From the sequence record KF147891.1: a stretch of DNA of 64,000 bases; one strand, written 5' to 3'. Shown here piece by piece: positions 43,107 through 51,896 of this stretch. Positions within the stretch are counted from its first letter, which is position 1, and every line of letters begins with the position of its first letter. This DNA comes from Pseudomonas phage PaBG. The notes under the pieces are model-generated. The model saw only the letters and a program-made list of their open reading frames with translations. It was not told where the DNA came from and did not search any database. The position numbers were made by a program, and so were the translations under genes.

Positions 43107-43913
43107 ATGAGTGGATTGACAAGAATCCCGCTCCCGATGATCGATCCTGGCGCTGGCGTCGCTAACGACGAGGTGAAATTCAACGGAGAGCGCCTCGAAT
43201 TGCAAAACCCGGACGACGATACCGATGTCCAGGTCACGGAAGGTGTGTACGACCCAGAGACAGGCACGTTGACTCTGCGCAAAGCAGACAACTCTGTGCT
43301 CAACATTCGCGGCTTCTTGACCAAGGCGAGTGTCGGTGTAGGCCCCACTGGCCCAACAGGTCCTCAGGGTAAGCCTGGTATCAACGGGCGCAACGGCAAA
43401 GATGGTCGCGTAGGTGATCAAGGCTGCGTGGGGCCCAAAGGTGATCCAGGCCCAGCAGGCCCGACGGGCCCAGCAGGTCCGGGTGGCGGTATCGGTGCTC
43501 AGGGCGCTACTGGCCCAACTGGTCCAACTGGTCCGACAGGCCCTGCTGGACTTGACGGTAAGGCACCAACGTTCGGCGTAGGCGAAGTGGATGCTTACGA
43601 GTTCTACGAGAATCACAGCCTTAAATGTTGGGGCCGATTCACGTCGGAAGATGCGGCAGTTTTCCAGCGCGTCGTATTCCCGGAAGCCTTCGAGCGAGAC
43701 AAGCCACGGGTCATGCTTCTGCAATTCATCGACCCGAAGAGCAACGTCAAGAACGCCGTGCGCATCGACCGTATCAACAAAGGCAACGCCGAGTTGAGTG
43801 TGGATGCTTCCATGTTGGAGCAAGAATCCGATGGTGAAGGCGGCACGCGACCTGTAGCTGCTACCGGTTGGGACTTCTACTGGTTCGTCATCGGCAGCGA
43901 CGCCGACGCATAA
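43107..43913 (+). CDS. collagen-like protein (GLTRIP N-terminal family) with C-terminal globular domain
   Basis: N-terminus [12 protein letters not shown]...; Gly-X-Y region at nt ~43332-43560; SD GAGGAAACT. Confidence 0.6.
   Translation: MSGLTRIPLPMIDPGAGVANDEVKFNGERLELQNPDDDTDVQVTEGVYDPETGTLTLRKADNSVLNIRGFLTKASVGVGPTGPTGPQGKPGINGRNGKDGRVGDQGCVGPKGDPGPAGPTGPAGPGGGIGAQGATGPTGPTGPTGPAGLDGKAPTFGVGEVDAYEFYENHSLKCWGRFTSEDAAVFQRVVFPEAFERDKPRVMLLQFIDPKSNVKNAVRIDRINKGNAELSVDASMLEQESDGEGGTRPVAATGWDFYWFVIGSDADA
43332..43560 (+). repeat. collagen-like Gly-X-Y triplet repeat region
   Basis: [73 protein letters not shown]. Confidence 0.8.
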
Positions 43914-43923
43914 GGAGAAAGCT

Positions 43924-44376
43924 ATGGCTTTACCAGCGGCATACTACCAACTTGTCTATGATGAGAAGACAGGTGACGTGCTGTCGTTCTGGAACCCAAT
44001 GAGGGGCGAGTGTCCTGACTCGCCTTACATTGAAGTTTCCCTGGAGGACCACGCTCGCGTACAGCCTGCACCGTTCAAGTTCCGCGTCATCGATAAGCGC
44101 CTGGTTGAAGTGAGCGATATACCAAAAGATGAACGTCCGAAGCGTCCAGCTGTCTCCGAAGCGATCATCGCGGGTCTTGTAATCGACGGCGTGTGCTACG
44201 CGCTCGACCCGAAAGCTCTGGCTGTGTTGACGCTCGATCTGTCCAGAGGCTCCAAGACCTGCAGGGCAATCGCCCACACTCCGACAGGAAACCAACTGGT
44301 AACCCTGCCAAAGGAAGATGCCAAGAACGTAGCCTCGATGATAGCCGACCACTTGGTGGCTCTACATTGTGGATAA
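43924..44376 (+). CDS. hypothetical protein (possible fibre assembly factor by position)
   Basis: Strong SD AAGGAG; 150 aa, following a collagen-like gene. Confidence 0.45.
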   Translation: MALPAAYYQLVYDEKTGDVLSFWNPMRGECPDSPYIEVSLEDHARVQPAPFKFRVIDKRLVEVSDIPKDERPKRPAVSEAIIAGLVIDGVCYALDPKALAVLTLDLSRGSKTCRAIAHTPTGNQLVTLPKEDAKNVASMIADHLVALHCG

Positions 44377-44407
44377 TTTACTCGCAGTGTACATCGAGGT
44401 GTGAACC

Positions 44408-45229
44408 ATGTCTCTTCCTACTAGCAGGCTTATCCAGGCCGCCGTGGATCGCGGCCTGACTGTGGCCACGCCCGTTCTTCTCACCATGGACGGGCCGGAA
44501 CACATTCGCGTAAACGTCATCATCAGCCACGCGGAGCCCGTCTCTGTCGTGGCTCCTTTGGACTTGCTGTGGATTAACCCTGACACAGGCACTCCGCTGC
44601 GCCGTGTCAGTCGTGCCCAGTCGCAAGACTTCGTGCATACCTGGGAAGTCGCGGACGAGACATCGTTCTGGTTGGCTCAATCCTGGGATGAACCACGACC
44701 GAACGACCAAGACTTTCAGGAGCTCAACCGAAACATCGGCAACACGCACGGGCTGATCCTGGCCGATATCGGCGCGCTCGGTGTTGAAGGTGGAGACCTG
44801 ACAGGACCATTGCGTCCACGAGTCTTGGAAGTCGGAGACGACTACGCACCTACGGAAGCGGTACCTCGCTCGTTCGTCGAAAAGCTGACCATGGCGGCGC
44901 AAAGCCTAGCAGCTTCGGTTAGCCAACAGCTCACCAGCCTGCGTAACCAAGTTACGTCTGTGCGAAACCGCGTGACGGTAGTCGAAGACGAGTTGGAAAA
45001 CATCCAGCTCGGTGACGGCACGCCACGATACAAACATGACCAAGTGGAACCCTCACTTGAGTGGATCATCGTTCACAACCTACACGTACCGGACGTCACA
45101 GTTCGTGCCGTGCGGGAAGATGGGACGCTGATGATTCCAGCCACGGAAACAATGATCGATGAAGATACGCTGCGCCTGACGTTTGCCGAAGCTCGCCAGG
45201 GACGCGCCGTGATTCTCGGCATAAGGTGA
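44408..45229 (+). CDS. hypothetical protein
   Basis: SD GAGGTG; 273 aa. Confidence 0.5.
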   Translation: MSLPTSRLIQAAVDRGLTVATPVLLTMDGPEHIRVNVIISHAEPVSVVAPLDLLWINPDTGTPLRRVSRAQSQDFVHTWEVADETSFWLAQSWDEPRPNDQDFQELNRNIGNTHGLILADIGALGVEGGDLTGPLRPRVLEVGDDYAPTEAVPRSFVEKLTMAAQSLAASVSQQLTSLRNQVTSVRNRVTVVEDELENIQLGDGTPRYKHDQVEPSLEWIIVHNLHVPDVTVRAVREDGTLMIPATETMIDEDTLRLTFAEARQGRAVILGIR

Positions 45230-45234
45230 CGAAC

Positions 45235-46095
45235 ATGAGAAGGCTTTTGGCGATAGGCTCGCTAATTTACTGCGTAATGGCAAATGCCCAAAGCCTTTTG
45301 GTTGTGCAGTCGGCAACGGTCAATGACCTGTACGGCAACACGATCATCGCAAAGATTCTTGAAGACCAAAACGGCAGTGTCGACCACATTGCCGTCTTCA
45401 ACGCTCGGCAGTTCACGCATGATCGCTCGGCACACTCGCGGGAAATCCTGTCAAAGGTTTTGCGCACGTATGTCGAGCACTCAAAGCCGAGCGCCCTTCT
45501 GTTTCTCGGAGAGCCAATCGTGGACGTCGGGATTCCAACTCAGTACAGCTCTGTGCTGATAGGTTCCACGTCATTTAACACAACGGCCCTCAAGGCAGCT
45601 TCCATCTACAACAAGCACTGGTCACCTGTTTACGTCATAAGCGACAACTCCGTGTTGGCGAACCTTCGCTTGCAGGAGCTGCGCCGACAACTCGATGGCA
45701 TCGAGCTGGACGTGACTACGGTGTCAACGGTTATCGAGTATCGGCAAGCGTTGCTTGACCTGCAAGATCAACCAAAAGGCACCCTGGTGCTGAACGCCTT
45801 TAGCTTGTTGGATGAGTGGCAAGACTCTGTGGGATTCGCCGAAATCGAAAACCTTCTGGTTAAGACAAATCGGCGTCACGTGGATGTAGGTATTTGTCGA
45901 AACGGGTTTAAGACGACTCTGGCTATCGGGCCGACGCCTGCAGAGGCGGCAGCTCTGGCTACTGCGCCATACTCCCAAGCATCAAACTCCCACATCAGCT
46001 CGTGTGCAAACCTGTCCCGTGTCGTACCAAAGTGGCTGGGGTTATACCGCGCAACGATGGGCAAATACGACATAGTGGAAGGCGGCAACCAATGA
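45235..46095 (+). CDS. secreted/periplasmic protein with Sec-type signal peptide
   Basis: N-terminus MRRLLAIGSLIYCVMANA-QS; SD AAGGTG; alternative GTG start at 45226. No lysozyme motifs recognised. Confidence 0.5.
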   Translation: MRRLLAIGSLIYCVMANAQSLLVVQSATVNDLYGNTIIAKILEDQNGSVDHIAVFNARQFTHDRSAHSREILSKVLRTYVEHSKPSALLFLGEPIVDVGIPTQYSSVLIGSTSFNTTALKAASIYNKHWSPVYVISDNSVLANLRLQELRRQLDGIELDVTTVSTVIEYRQALLDLQDQPKGTLVLNAFSLLDEWQDSVGFAEIENLLVKTNRRHVDVGICRNGFKTTLAIGPTPAEAAALATAPYSQASNSHISSCANLSRVVPKWLGLYRATMGKYDIVEGGNQ

Positions 46096-46376
46096 TCCGA
46101 CCCTCACATTCGACCATATCGCGTATCGTCATTCTTGCCCTTTTGGCTGCGGTAGCTTTCATCTTCGTGAAGTACAGCTCCCGTAGTGACAACCGCGAAG
46201 CAATCGTATACTCCTCCTTGCAGTGCGTTCAAAGCGTCTGCGTGGAGAACAAGGCTACCGGAGAGATTTGCTCCTACAGGGAGCCGAGAATTTCCGAGAT
46301 TCTTATTGAGACGGACAAAGACAACGCCAACGTCAGAAACATAAGAGTTATACCGAGCGATGACCGATGCCAATGA
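46092..46376 (+). CDS. small membrane-anchored protein (N-terminal TM helix)
   Basis: ATGA overlap with the upstream gene. TM segment IVILALLAAVAFIFV, then a 60-aa Cys-containing domain. Confidence 0.45.
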   Translation: MIRPSHSTISRIVILALLAAVAFIFVKYSSRSDNREAIVYSSLQCVQSVCVENKATGEICSYREPRISEILIETDKDNANVRNIRVIPSDDRCQ

Positions 46377-46385
46377 GGCTGCTCA

Positions 46386-46937
46386 ATGGACTCCATAAAC
46401 ACCATTTTCAGTAGCCCGCTGCCTGTCGCAATTTCTGCTGTGATTGCGGTTGCGTGCCTAGCCGGCTACTGGTTCTTCGTTATCCCGCTGCTGGACGAGG
46501 TCAAAACTCTGCGTGAGACCAACTCCTCGATGCAGCAAAAGATGGGCGACGAATTTGAACTGCAAAAGGCGAACGTCCAACGCTTCATGCAAGAGTTGGC
46601 AGCCAGCCTGCAAAGTCAGCAAAACATCACCGAACTTGTCTCGACCGTAAGTTCCTTGAAGCTGGCGGTTGAACATCAAACAACCGCACTGAGTGGAAGC
46701 CTTGAACGCATGTTCGAGGACGTTCAGGAAGCATTAGAACGTCTCACCAGTGCCCTAAATCAAACGTCTGAGACCTCGACCCGTAAACACGATGAAATCC
46801 GGCGTGAAGTCGAACGCCTGGGTCGATTGCTTGAACAACTGACCCGCCAAGTTGCGGACATCAGTGACAAGCAGAGTCAAGTCGCTGGCGTGTTGACAGG
46901 TATGTCTATCGCTAAAAACATGAATCGAGGTCTGTAG
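46386..46937 (+). CDS. N-terminal TM helix plus long coiled-coil protein (i-spanin-like architecture)
   Basis: TM segment VAISAVIAVACLAGYWFFVIPL followed by ~140 aa of heptad-rich sequence; SD GAGG. Confidence 0.4.
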   Translation: MDSINTIFSSPLPVAISAVIAVACLAGYWFFVIPLLDEVKTLRETNSSMQQKMGDEFELQKANVQRFMQELAASLQSQQNITELVSTVSSLKLAVEHQTTALSGSLERMFEDVQEALERLTSALNQTSETSTRKHDEIRREVERLGRLLEQLTRQVADISDKQSQVAGVLTGMSIAKNMNRGL

Positions 46938-46947
46938 GAATACCAAC

Positions 46948-47739
46948 ATGGCCTATGTGCTCAACAACATACGGTTTCGATCTGTCAGTTCAAAGGCGCT
47001 GGAGAGGTACTACAACTCCAAGTCGTTCATCCTGAATGTCCTGATCGACGAACAAAGACAGTTCAGCCAAGTAGCCCGCGAAATCCTGCTGCTGTTTTTC
47101 AACAGCTATTCGGACTGGGCTATCAAGGTGGAGAGCCTGTTGTTGAACCGAAGCGTTTTGGAGGAGACGGACCTCAAGATCATCTTCCAGCGCTTCGGTG
47201 AAGTAGTCGAATCCAACAAGAGCATTTTCACCATTCACGGTGACGTGTTTTTGCCGCAGTTCGTAGACGTTTGGGGTGCTGTGCATAAGCACGTGCCTCT
47301 GAACTTCAAGCGCAAGGTTCGGCAAACGGTGGGCCTCTCTCAGCTTGAGGCCTATCCGCTTATCATCGATGCGTTGGTCGATGCCCTTCAATCCACGCTG
47401 TACGAGCTGTACGAAGTGGACTGCCTTCTAGGGTCTAACCTGGTGGGCAACAAGATCAGCACCAACGCGTCCATGCAGGACAACCTGATCACGTACATTG
47501 ACGATGGTGACCTGGAATATTACCGAGCCACTGGGGTCTTCATCGCCAAAGAGAGAATCACTCACTACTTGGACACGGTAATCCTGCCGGACATCGTTGT
47601 CCCTGTGGTCGTGAAAAACTACACGGAAGAAAAAATTGCGTTGAAAAACGGCTTGGTAGTTGGGGATCAGCCATTCGCACGGCTGCTAACCGACATGTTA
47701 GAAAACCCCCGCATTAAAATCGTTGAGATCGCATCCTGA
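46948..47739 (+). CDS. hypothetical protein
   Basis: 263 aa; locally more AT-rich than the surrounding sequence. Confidence 0.5.
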   Translation: MAYVLNNIRFRSVSSKALERYYNSKSFILNVLIDEQRQFSQVAREILLLFFNSYSDWAIKVESLLLNRSVLEETDLKIIFQRFGEVVESNKSIFTIHGDVFLPQFVDVWGAVHKHVPLNFKRKVRQTVGLSQLEAYPLIIDALVDALQSTLYELYEVDCLLGSNLVGNKISTNASMQDNLITYIDDGDLEYYRATGVFIAKERITHYLDTVILPDIVVPVVVKNYTEEKIALKNGLVVGDQPFARLLTDMLENPRIKIVEIAS

Positions 47740-47755
47740 TCCTGGAGTAATCAAC

Positions 47756-49438
47756 ATGCTCAAGAATGGCAACATCACGCTGGTTGGCGAGATTCGTGGC
47801 CTCAAGCCGCAGCGCCTGGCAGCAGACCCCACTGGTGGTGACCTCAAGGAAGGTCTGGTCTGGGTCAACACTACCGACAAAGCCCTGAAGTGGTACGACG
47901 GCACCCAGACCCTCACCATCGCCACTGGCGGCGCACTGGACGAATACCTGTCGCTGGCCGGCGGCACCATGACCGGCCCGCTGGTTCTCGCCGCAGACGC
48001 AGCCAACCCGCTCGAAGCTACTCCGCTGCAACAAGTCGAGTCGCTGGTGGGTGCGAAGCAGGACACCATCACCGGTGCTGCTACTACCATCACCAGCGCC
48101 GATCTGACCGTCAGTCGTGCCATCGTCTCCGACGAAAACGGCAAGGTCGCAGTATCCGCAGTCACTGCCGTCGAACTCGCCCACCTGAGCGGCGTGACCG
48201 ACAACGTGCAGACGCAGATCGACCTCAAGCAGGATGATCTGGGCTACGTTCCGGTGAACAAGGCTGGCGATGCGCTGACCGGTGACCTGAACTTCGGCGG
48301 CACCAGCACGCTGAAAAACCTGGCTGCACCTGTCGATCCGACCGATGCCGTGCGTCTCATCGACATCGACAACCTGAAAGCTGACCTCGACTTCCAGGCT
48401 GACGTGCTGGCTGTCCAGCTGGATGACACGCTGGTTCCGACCGAAGACCCGCTGCCGGATGCCCAGGTACGCTACATCGTCACTGACGCAGCCAACCTGA
48501 ACGTCGCGTTCGGTACTATCGCTGGCCTGGAAGATGGCGACATCATCCAGAAGTCCGGTGCGGACTTCGTGGTTGCCTATGATGTGTCCGTCAAAGGTCC
48601 GGGCGCTCTTGTCTGGGATCGTGGCGTCGGCAAGTTCATGAAGTACGACGGCACCAACTGGACCGAACACGGCGGCCTGAGCGGCGTTACCGTATCGGCC
48701 GGTCTGCTCAAAGAAGGCAACACCATCAGCGTCAAGTTCGGTGCCGGTGTCGCCAACCTGCCGACTGGCGAAGTGGGTATCGATGTTCGTCCAGACAAAG
48801 GTCTGGAACTCGTCGATCCGACCACTGGTGACGCTTCGACTGCCAGTGACGCCGTACTGGGCGTTAAAGTCGGTGCTTCCCTCGATGTCGGTGCCGGTGG
48901 CATCATCGTCAAGGCTGCCGGCGTGAACGAAACCCATCTGGCGACCAGCGTTGCCGGTCAGGGCCTCGAAGGCGGTGAAGGTACTGCGCTGACCGTCAAG
49001 CTCGACGGCACCACTCTCGTCAAGTCTGCAAACGGCCTGGCTCTGGGTGACATCAGCGCTACCTACCTGAAGCTCGACACTGCGTCGACCATCACCGCTC
49101 AAGTGGCGGTCCCGGCTCCGACTGCTGACGCCAGCATCGCCAACAAGCTGTACGCTGACCAAGGCGACCAGGCGAACGCGGATGCAATCGGCGACCTGTC
49201 GACCCGCGTCGATGCCAACCAGTTCGTGTTCGATGGCACTGCCGGTGTTGCTCAAGACACCTACAGCATCAACCACAACCTGGGCAACAAGTACGCCGTA
49301 GTCGCTGTGTACGACGAAAGCGATGCTCAAATCCTGCCGGACACCGTCACGCTGACCGACGCCAACAACCTGACTGTCACTCTGGCGACTGCGCAGAAAG
49401 TGCGCGTCGTGATCAACGGGAAGAAGGCAGCCGCGTAA
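47756..49438 (+). CDS. tail fibre protein (LSLAGGTMTGPL motif)
   Basis: YLSLAGGTMTGPLVL is a classic phage tail-fibre motif (T4 gp12 / T7 gp17 type). Gly/Ala/Thr/Val-rich beta-helix-like body. ATG 47756 preceded by SD GGAG. Confidence 0.6.
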   Translation: MLKNGNITLVGEIRGLKPQRLAADPTGGDLKEGLVWVNTTDKALKWYDGTQTLTIATGGALDEYLSLAGGTMTGPLVLAADAANPLEATPLQQVESLVGAKQDTITGAATTITSADLTVSRAIVSDENGKVAVSAVTAVELAHLSGVTDNVQTQIDLKQDDLGYVPVNKAGDALTGDLNFGGTSTLKNLAAPVDPTDAVRLIDIDNLKADLDFQADVLAVQLDDTLVPTEDPLPDAQVRYIVTDAANLNVAFGTIAGLEDGDIIQKSGADFVVAYDVSVKGPGALVWDRGVGKFMKYDGTNWTEHGGLSGVTVSAGLLKEGNTISVKFGAGVANLPTGEVGIDVRPDKGLELVDPTTGDASTASDAVLGVKVGASLDVGAGGIIVKAAGVNETHLATSVAGQGLEGGEGTALTVKLDGTTLVKSANGLALGDISATYLKLDTASTITAQVAVPAPTADASIANKLYADQGDQANADAIGDLSTRVDANQFVFDGTAGVAQDTYSINHNLGNKYAVVAVYDESDAQILPDTVTLTDANNLTVTLATAQKVRVVINGKKAAA

Positions 49439-49454
49439 ACCCAAGGGGGCCTAA

Positions 49455-50054
49455 ATGCAAATCAACGGCAGCCTCGATCTGATGGGCAATGTCCTGAAGA
49501 ACGTAGCCCTGGAGCCCGTTGAATCTTGGCCGCTTGAACCAAAGCCGGGTACCTTCATCTTCAAAGGCAAGCGTATCTACATTTGCCTAGAAATCAATGA
49601 TGGTGTCCCGGTCTGGTTGCCGATGAGCACTGAACTGCACACCCACGTACACGACCAATTCATTGCGTCGTCTACGTGGGAAATCGACCATAGCCTGCAA
49701 ACCGCTGGCTGTATCGTGCAGGTGCTCAGTGGCGATAACAAAGCGATTGAGTTCGACGAGGTTGACTTCACCTTCAACCACGCCACAATTCACTTTGCCG
49801 AGCCGCAAGCTGGTCGTGCAATTCTCATCATGGGCTCCACTGAAGGTCTTCCACGACCAACAGTCGCCTTCGAGCAGACGTTCACTGATCAACAGGTGTG
49901 GGTAATCAACCACATGCTGGGCTACCCGCCAATCGTGCGCTGCTTCGTCGGTAATCTGGAGATTCAACCCTCCAGCTTGGTACATGACGAGAACTTCACC
50001 CAGAGTATCGCCTCTTTCAGTAGTCCGATTTCGGGCAGGGTGCGGTGCGTATGA
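49455..50054 (+). CDS. hypothetical tail-associated protein
   Basis: 199 aa. Its C-terminal ~60 aa are paralogous to the following small ORF. Confidence 0.5.
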   Translation: MQINGSLDLMGNVLKNVALEPVESWPLEPKPGTFIFKGKRIYICLEINDGVPVWLPMSTELHTHVHDQFIASSTWEIDHSLQTAGCIVQVLSGDNKAIEFDEVDFTFNHATIHFAEPQAGRAILIMGSTEGLPRPTVAFEQTFTDQQVWVINHMLGYPPIVRCFVGNLEIQPSSLVHDENFTQSIASFSSPISGRVRCV

Positions 50055-50263
50055 CGAATCGGCATGAGCACGATCAACCCATTCCTTCTCAGGTTTGGGA
50101 AGTTCACCACAACCTCTTCACTCGGGCACCTGTCGTTGACGCTTGGGTTGAGATTGAAGGCCAGATGCAAAAGATTCAGCCAATGGCTGTAAAGGTCATC
50201 GATCAAAACCAGTGCAACATCGAGTGGTCCGTGCCAAGAGCCGGTAAAGCAGGAGTCGCCTGA
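50051..50263 (+). CDS. small protein, paralog of the C-terminal domain of the 49455..50054 product
   Basis: PSQVWEVHHNLFTRAPVVDAWVEIEGQ..IQP versus QQVWVINHMLGYPPIVRCFVGNLEIQP. ATGA overlap; alternative GTG start at 50045. Confidence 0.45.
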   Translation: MTNRHEHDQPIPSQVWEVHHNLFTRAPVVDAWVEIEGQMQKIQPMAVKVIDQNQCNIEWSVPRAGKAGVA

Positions 50264-50823
50264 TGCTTACTGATGGACTTACTCTGGCCGCTGGCTCTGG
50301 GTTGGGCATCAAGATGCTCGACGACGCCCGCCGCGGCCCAGCTTTTCCCGCAGGTGCAAACGGTGACCTGTGGGAACTCACGCAACAATCTGGAAACGAC
50401 GGCCCTGGGATTTACGAGTTCTTCAACGGCTCGTGGATTCTTCGCAATCCTGCGTTCAGTGCGCTGTCGTATGATCTGTCGGGTACCGTCCTCGGACGTC
50501 CCGATCCCGGCGCGAAAGTGCTGTACTCCGTAGCAGCTCGGACGTTCTATATCCAAGCTGCGATGGCAGGCGCAGTGGCTCACGCATTGCAACCGAGCAG
50601 CACAGAGCAGGTGTACACCGTGCTCGTTACTCGGGGGCTGGAAACCATCGCCATAGGTTCGTTTACGTTCTCTCAAGGCGCCGAAGCAGGAGTGTTCACC
50701 CCGGCAAGTTCGGAACCCATCCGAATCCAACGTGGTGACGTTATTCTGGTCACGGCACCTGATGTAATCGATCAAAACCTGGCGGACATTTCGTTCACCT
50801 TGTGTGGATACCTCTCAGTCTAA
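50263..50823 (+). CDS. hypothetical tail-associated protein
   Basis: ATG overlaps the upstream TGA; 186 aa. Confidence 0.5.
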   Translation: MLTDGLTLAAGSGLGIKMLDDARRGPAFPAGANGDLWELTQQSGNDGPGIYEFFNGSWILRNPAFSALSYDLSGTVLGRPDPGAKVLYSVAARTFYIQAAMAGAVAHALQPSSTEQVYTVLVTRGLETIAIGSFTFSQGAEAGVFTPASSEPIRIQRGDVILVTAPDVIDQNLADISFTLCGYLSV

Positions 50824-50835
50824 CGGAGACTTCTT

Positions 50836-51828
50836 ATGGCTGGTAAAATGATCAAGCGTACCAAACTCGCAGGTCTGGGCGCTGTCGCAACTCAACTGTT
50901 CCTCGACCTGAAAGAAGCTGGCCTGACTCAAGTCCTGCCTGCGACTGGTCAAAACTTCACGCTGGCTTCCGGTGCCGGCAAGTTCGTCATGGACTCCTCG
51001 CTGACCGTCAACCCGAAGCACGCTACCCAACCGTGGCGTATGCTGGTCGACGTGAGCGGCGCCACTGGCGGTGCTGGTCAAATCAAGATCGCCTTCGCCA
51101 ACCCGGAGCAGATCAGCAATGCCGGTGCTACCTCGTCCTTCCCTGGCAGCGTCGATACCAACGGTGCTCGCATCATGGGGCAACTGGGTGCTGCCTGGAA
51201 CAAAGCATCCAGCTCGGCACTGGGCGATGTGTTCGTCAACCGCAGCATCGCCAACCAGACCTTCGACGCCGGTACCACGATCAGCTACGTGCTGACTGCC
51301 ACCGAACGCGGTATCGCCTTCTTCATCTGGGACGAAGCCAGCGATGCCTCTCCGAAGTTCTCGTGGTTCCTGGTGCAGAGCGCTGTCAACAAGGACACCG
51401 GCGCTCCGCGCGTCGATGAACTGAGCCCGATCTTCTGCGTCTACTCCTGCGACGCGCAACAGCCGCAGAAGTTCGTGATCAGCGAATCCGACATCTTCCG
51501 TCCGACCGTATCCAAGCCGGCCGACGAAGACAGCATCGACAGCGCTGCGATCCTGAACTCCAAGCAGCAGGTCGCCATCGCCATCGGCAACAAGTACCTG
51601 GTGACCTTCCCGAATCGTCTGAACACGGATCGTTACGCCTACACCGACGAGCTGGACATGATCGCCTACACCAGCGCCGACGTTATCTCGGAAGACTCCG
51701 AAATCCCGGTGCGTCCGTACGGTGAGTCCGTGGATCGCGTGTACCGCGCGTTCAAGGCCAACGGCGCCAACAACACCGGTATGCGTCTGCTGATGCTCGT
51801 AGAAGGCGGCGGCATCGACGCGGTCTAA
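50836..51828 (+). CDS. hypothetical virion protein (possibly abundant; followed by strong terminator)
   Basis: 330 aa; SD ACGGAGAC; a terminator follows immediately. Confidence 0.5.
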   Translation: MAGKMIKRTKLAGLGAVATQLFLDLKEAGLTQVLPATGQNFTLASGAGKFVMDSSLTVNPKHATQPWRMLVDVSGATGGAGQIKIAFANPEQISNAGATSSFPGSVDTNGARIMGQLGAAWNKASSSALGDVFVNRSIANQTFDAGTTISYVLTATERGIAFFIWDEASDASPKFSWFLVQSAVNKDTGAPRVDELSPIFCVYSCDAQQPQKFVISESDIFRPTVSKPADEDSIDSAAILNSKQQVAIAIGNKYLVTFPNRLNTDRYAYTDELDMIAYTSADVISEDSEIPVRPYGESVDRVYRAFKANGANNTGMRLLMLVEGGGIDAV

Positions 51829-51844
51829 GACCGGGTAACTCCAA

Positions 51845-51884
51845 AAGGGGCTAAGGTCTAGGACTTTAGTCCCTTTTTCGTTTC
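51845..51884 (+). terminator. rho-independent terminator
   Basis: AAAAGGGGCT...AGTCCC hairpin followed by TTTTTCGTTTC. Confidence 0.65.
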
Positions 51885-51896
51885 TGGAGCCACGAT

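Noticed and set aside
45226-46095. Endolysin assignment for the signal-peptide protein
   Set aside because: No lysozyme, amidase or transglycosylase catalytic motifs were recognisable. Left as a secreted protein of unknown function.
50836-51828. Major capsid or tail tube assignment for the 330-aa protein followed by a strong terminator
   Set aside because: Only the expression context is suggestive. No HK97-fold or tube sequence signature could be recognised by eye.
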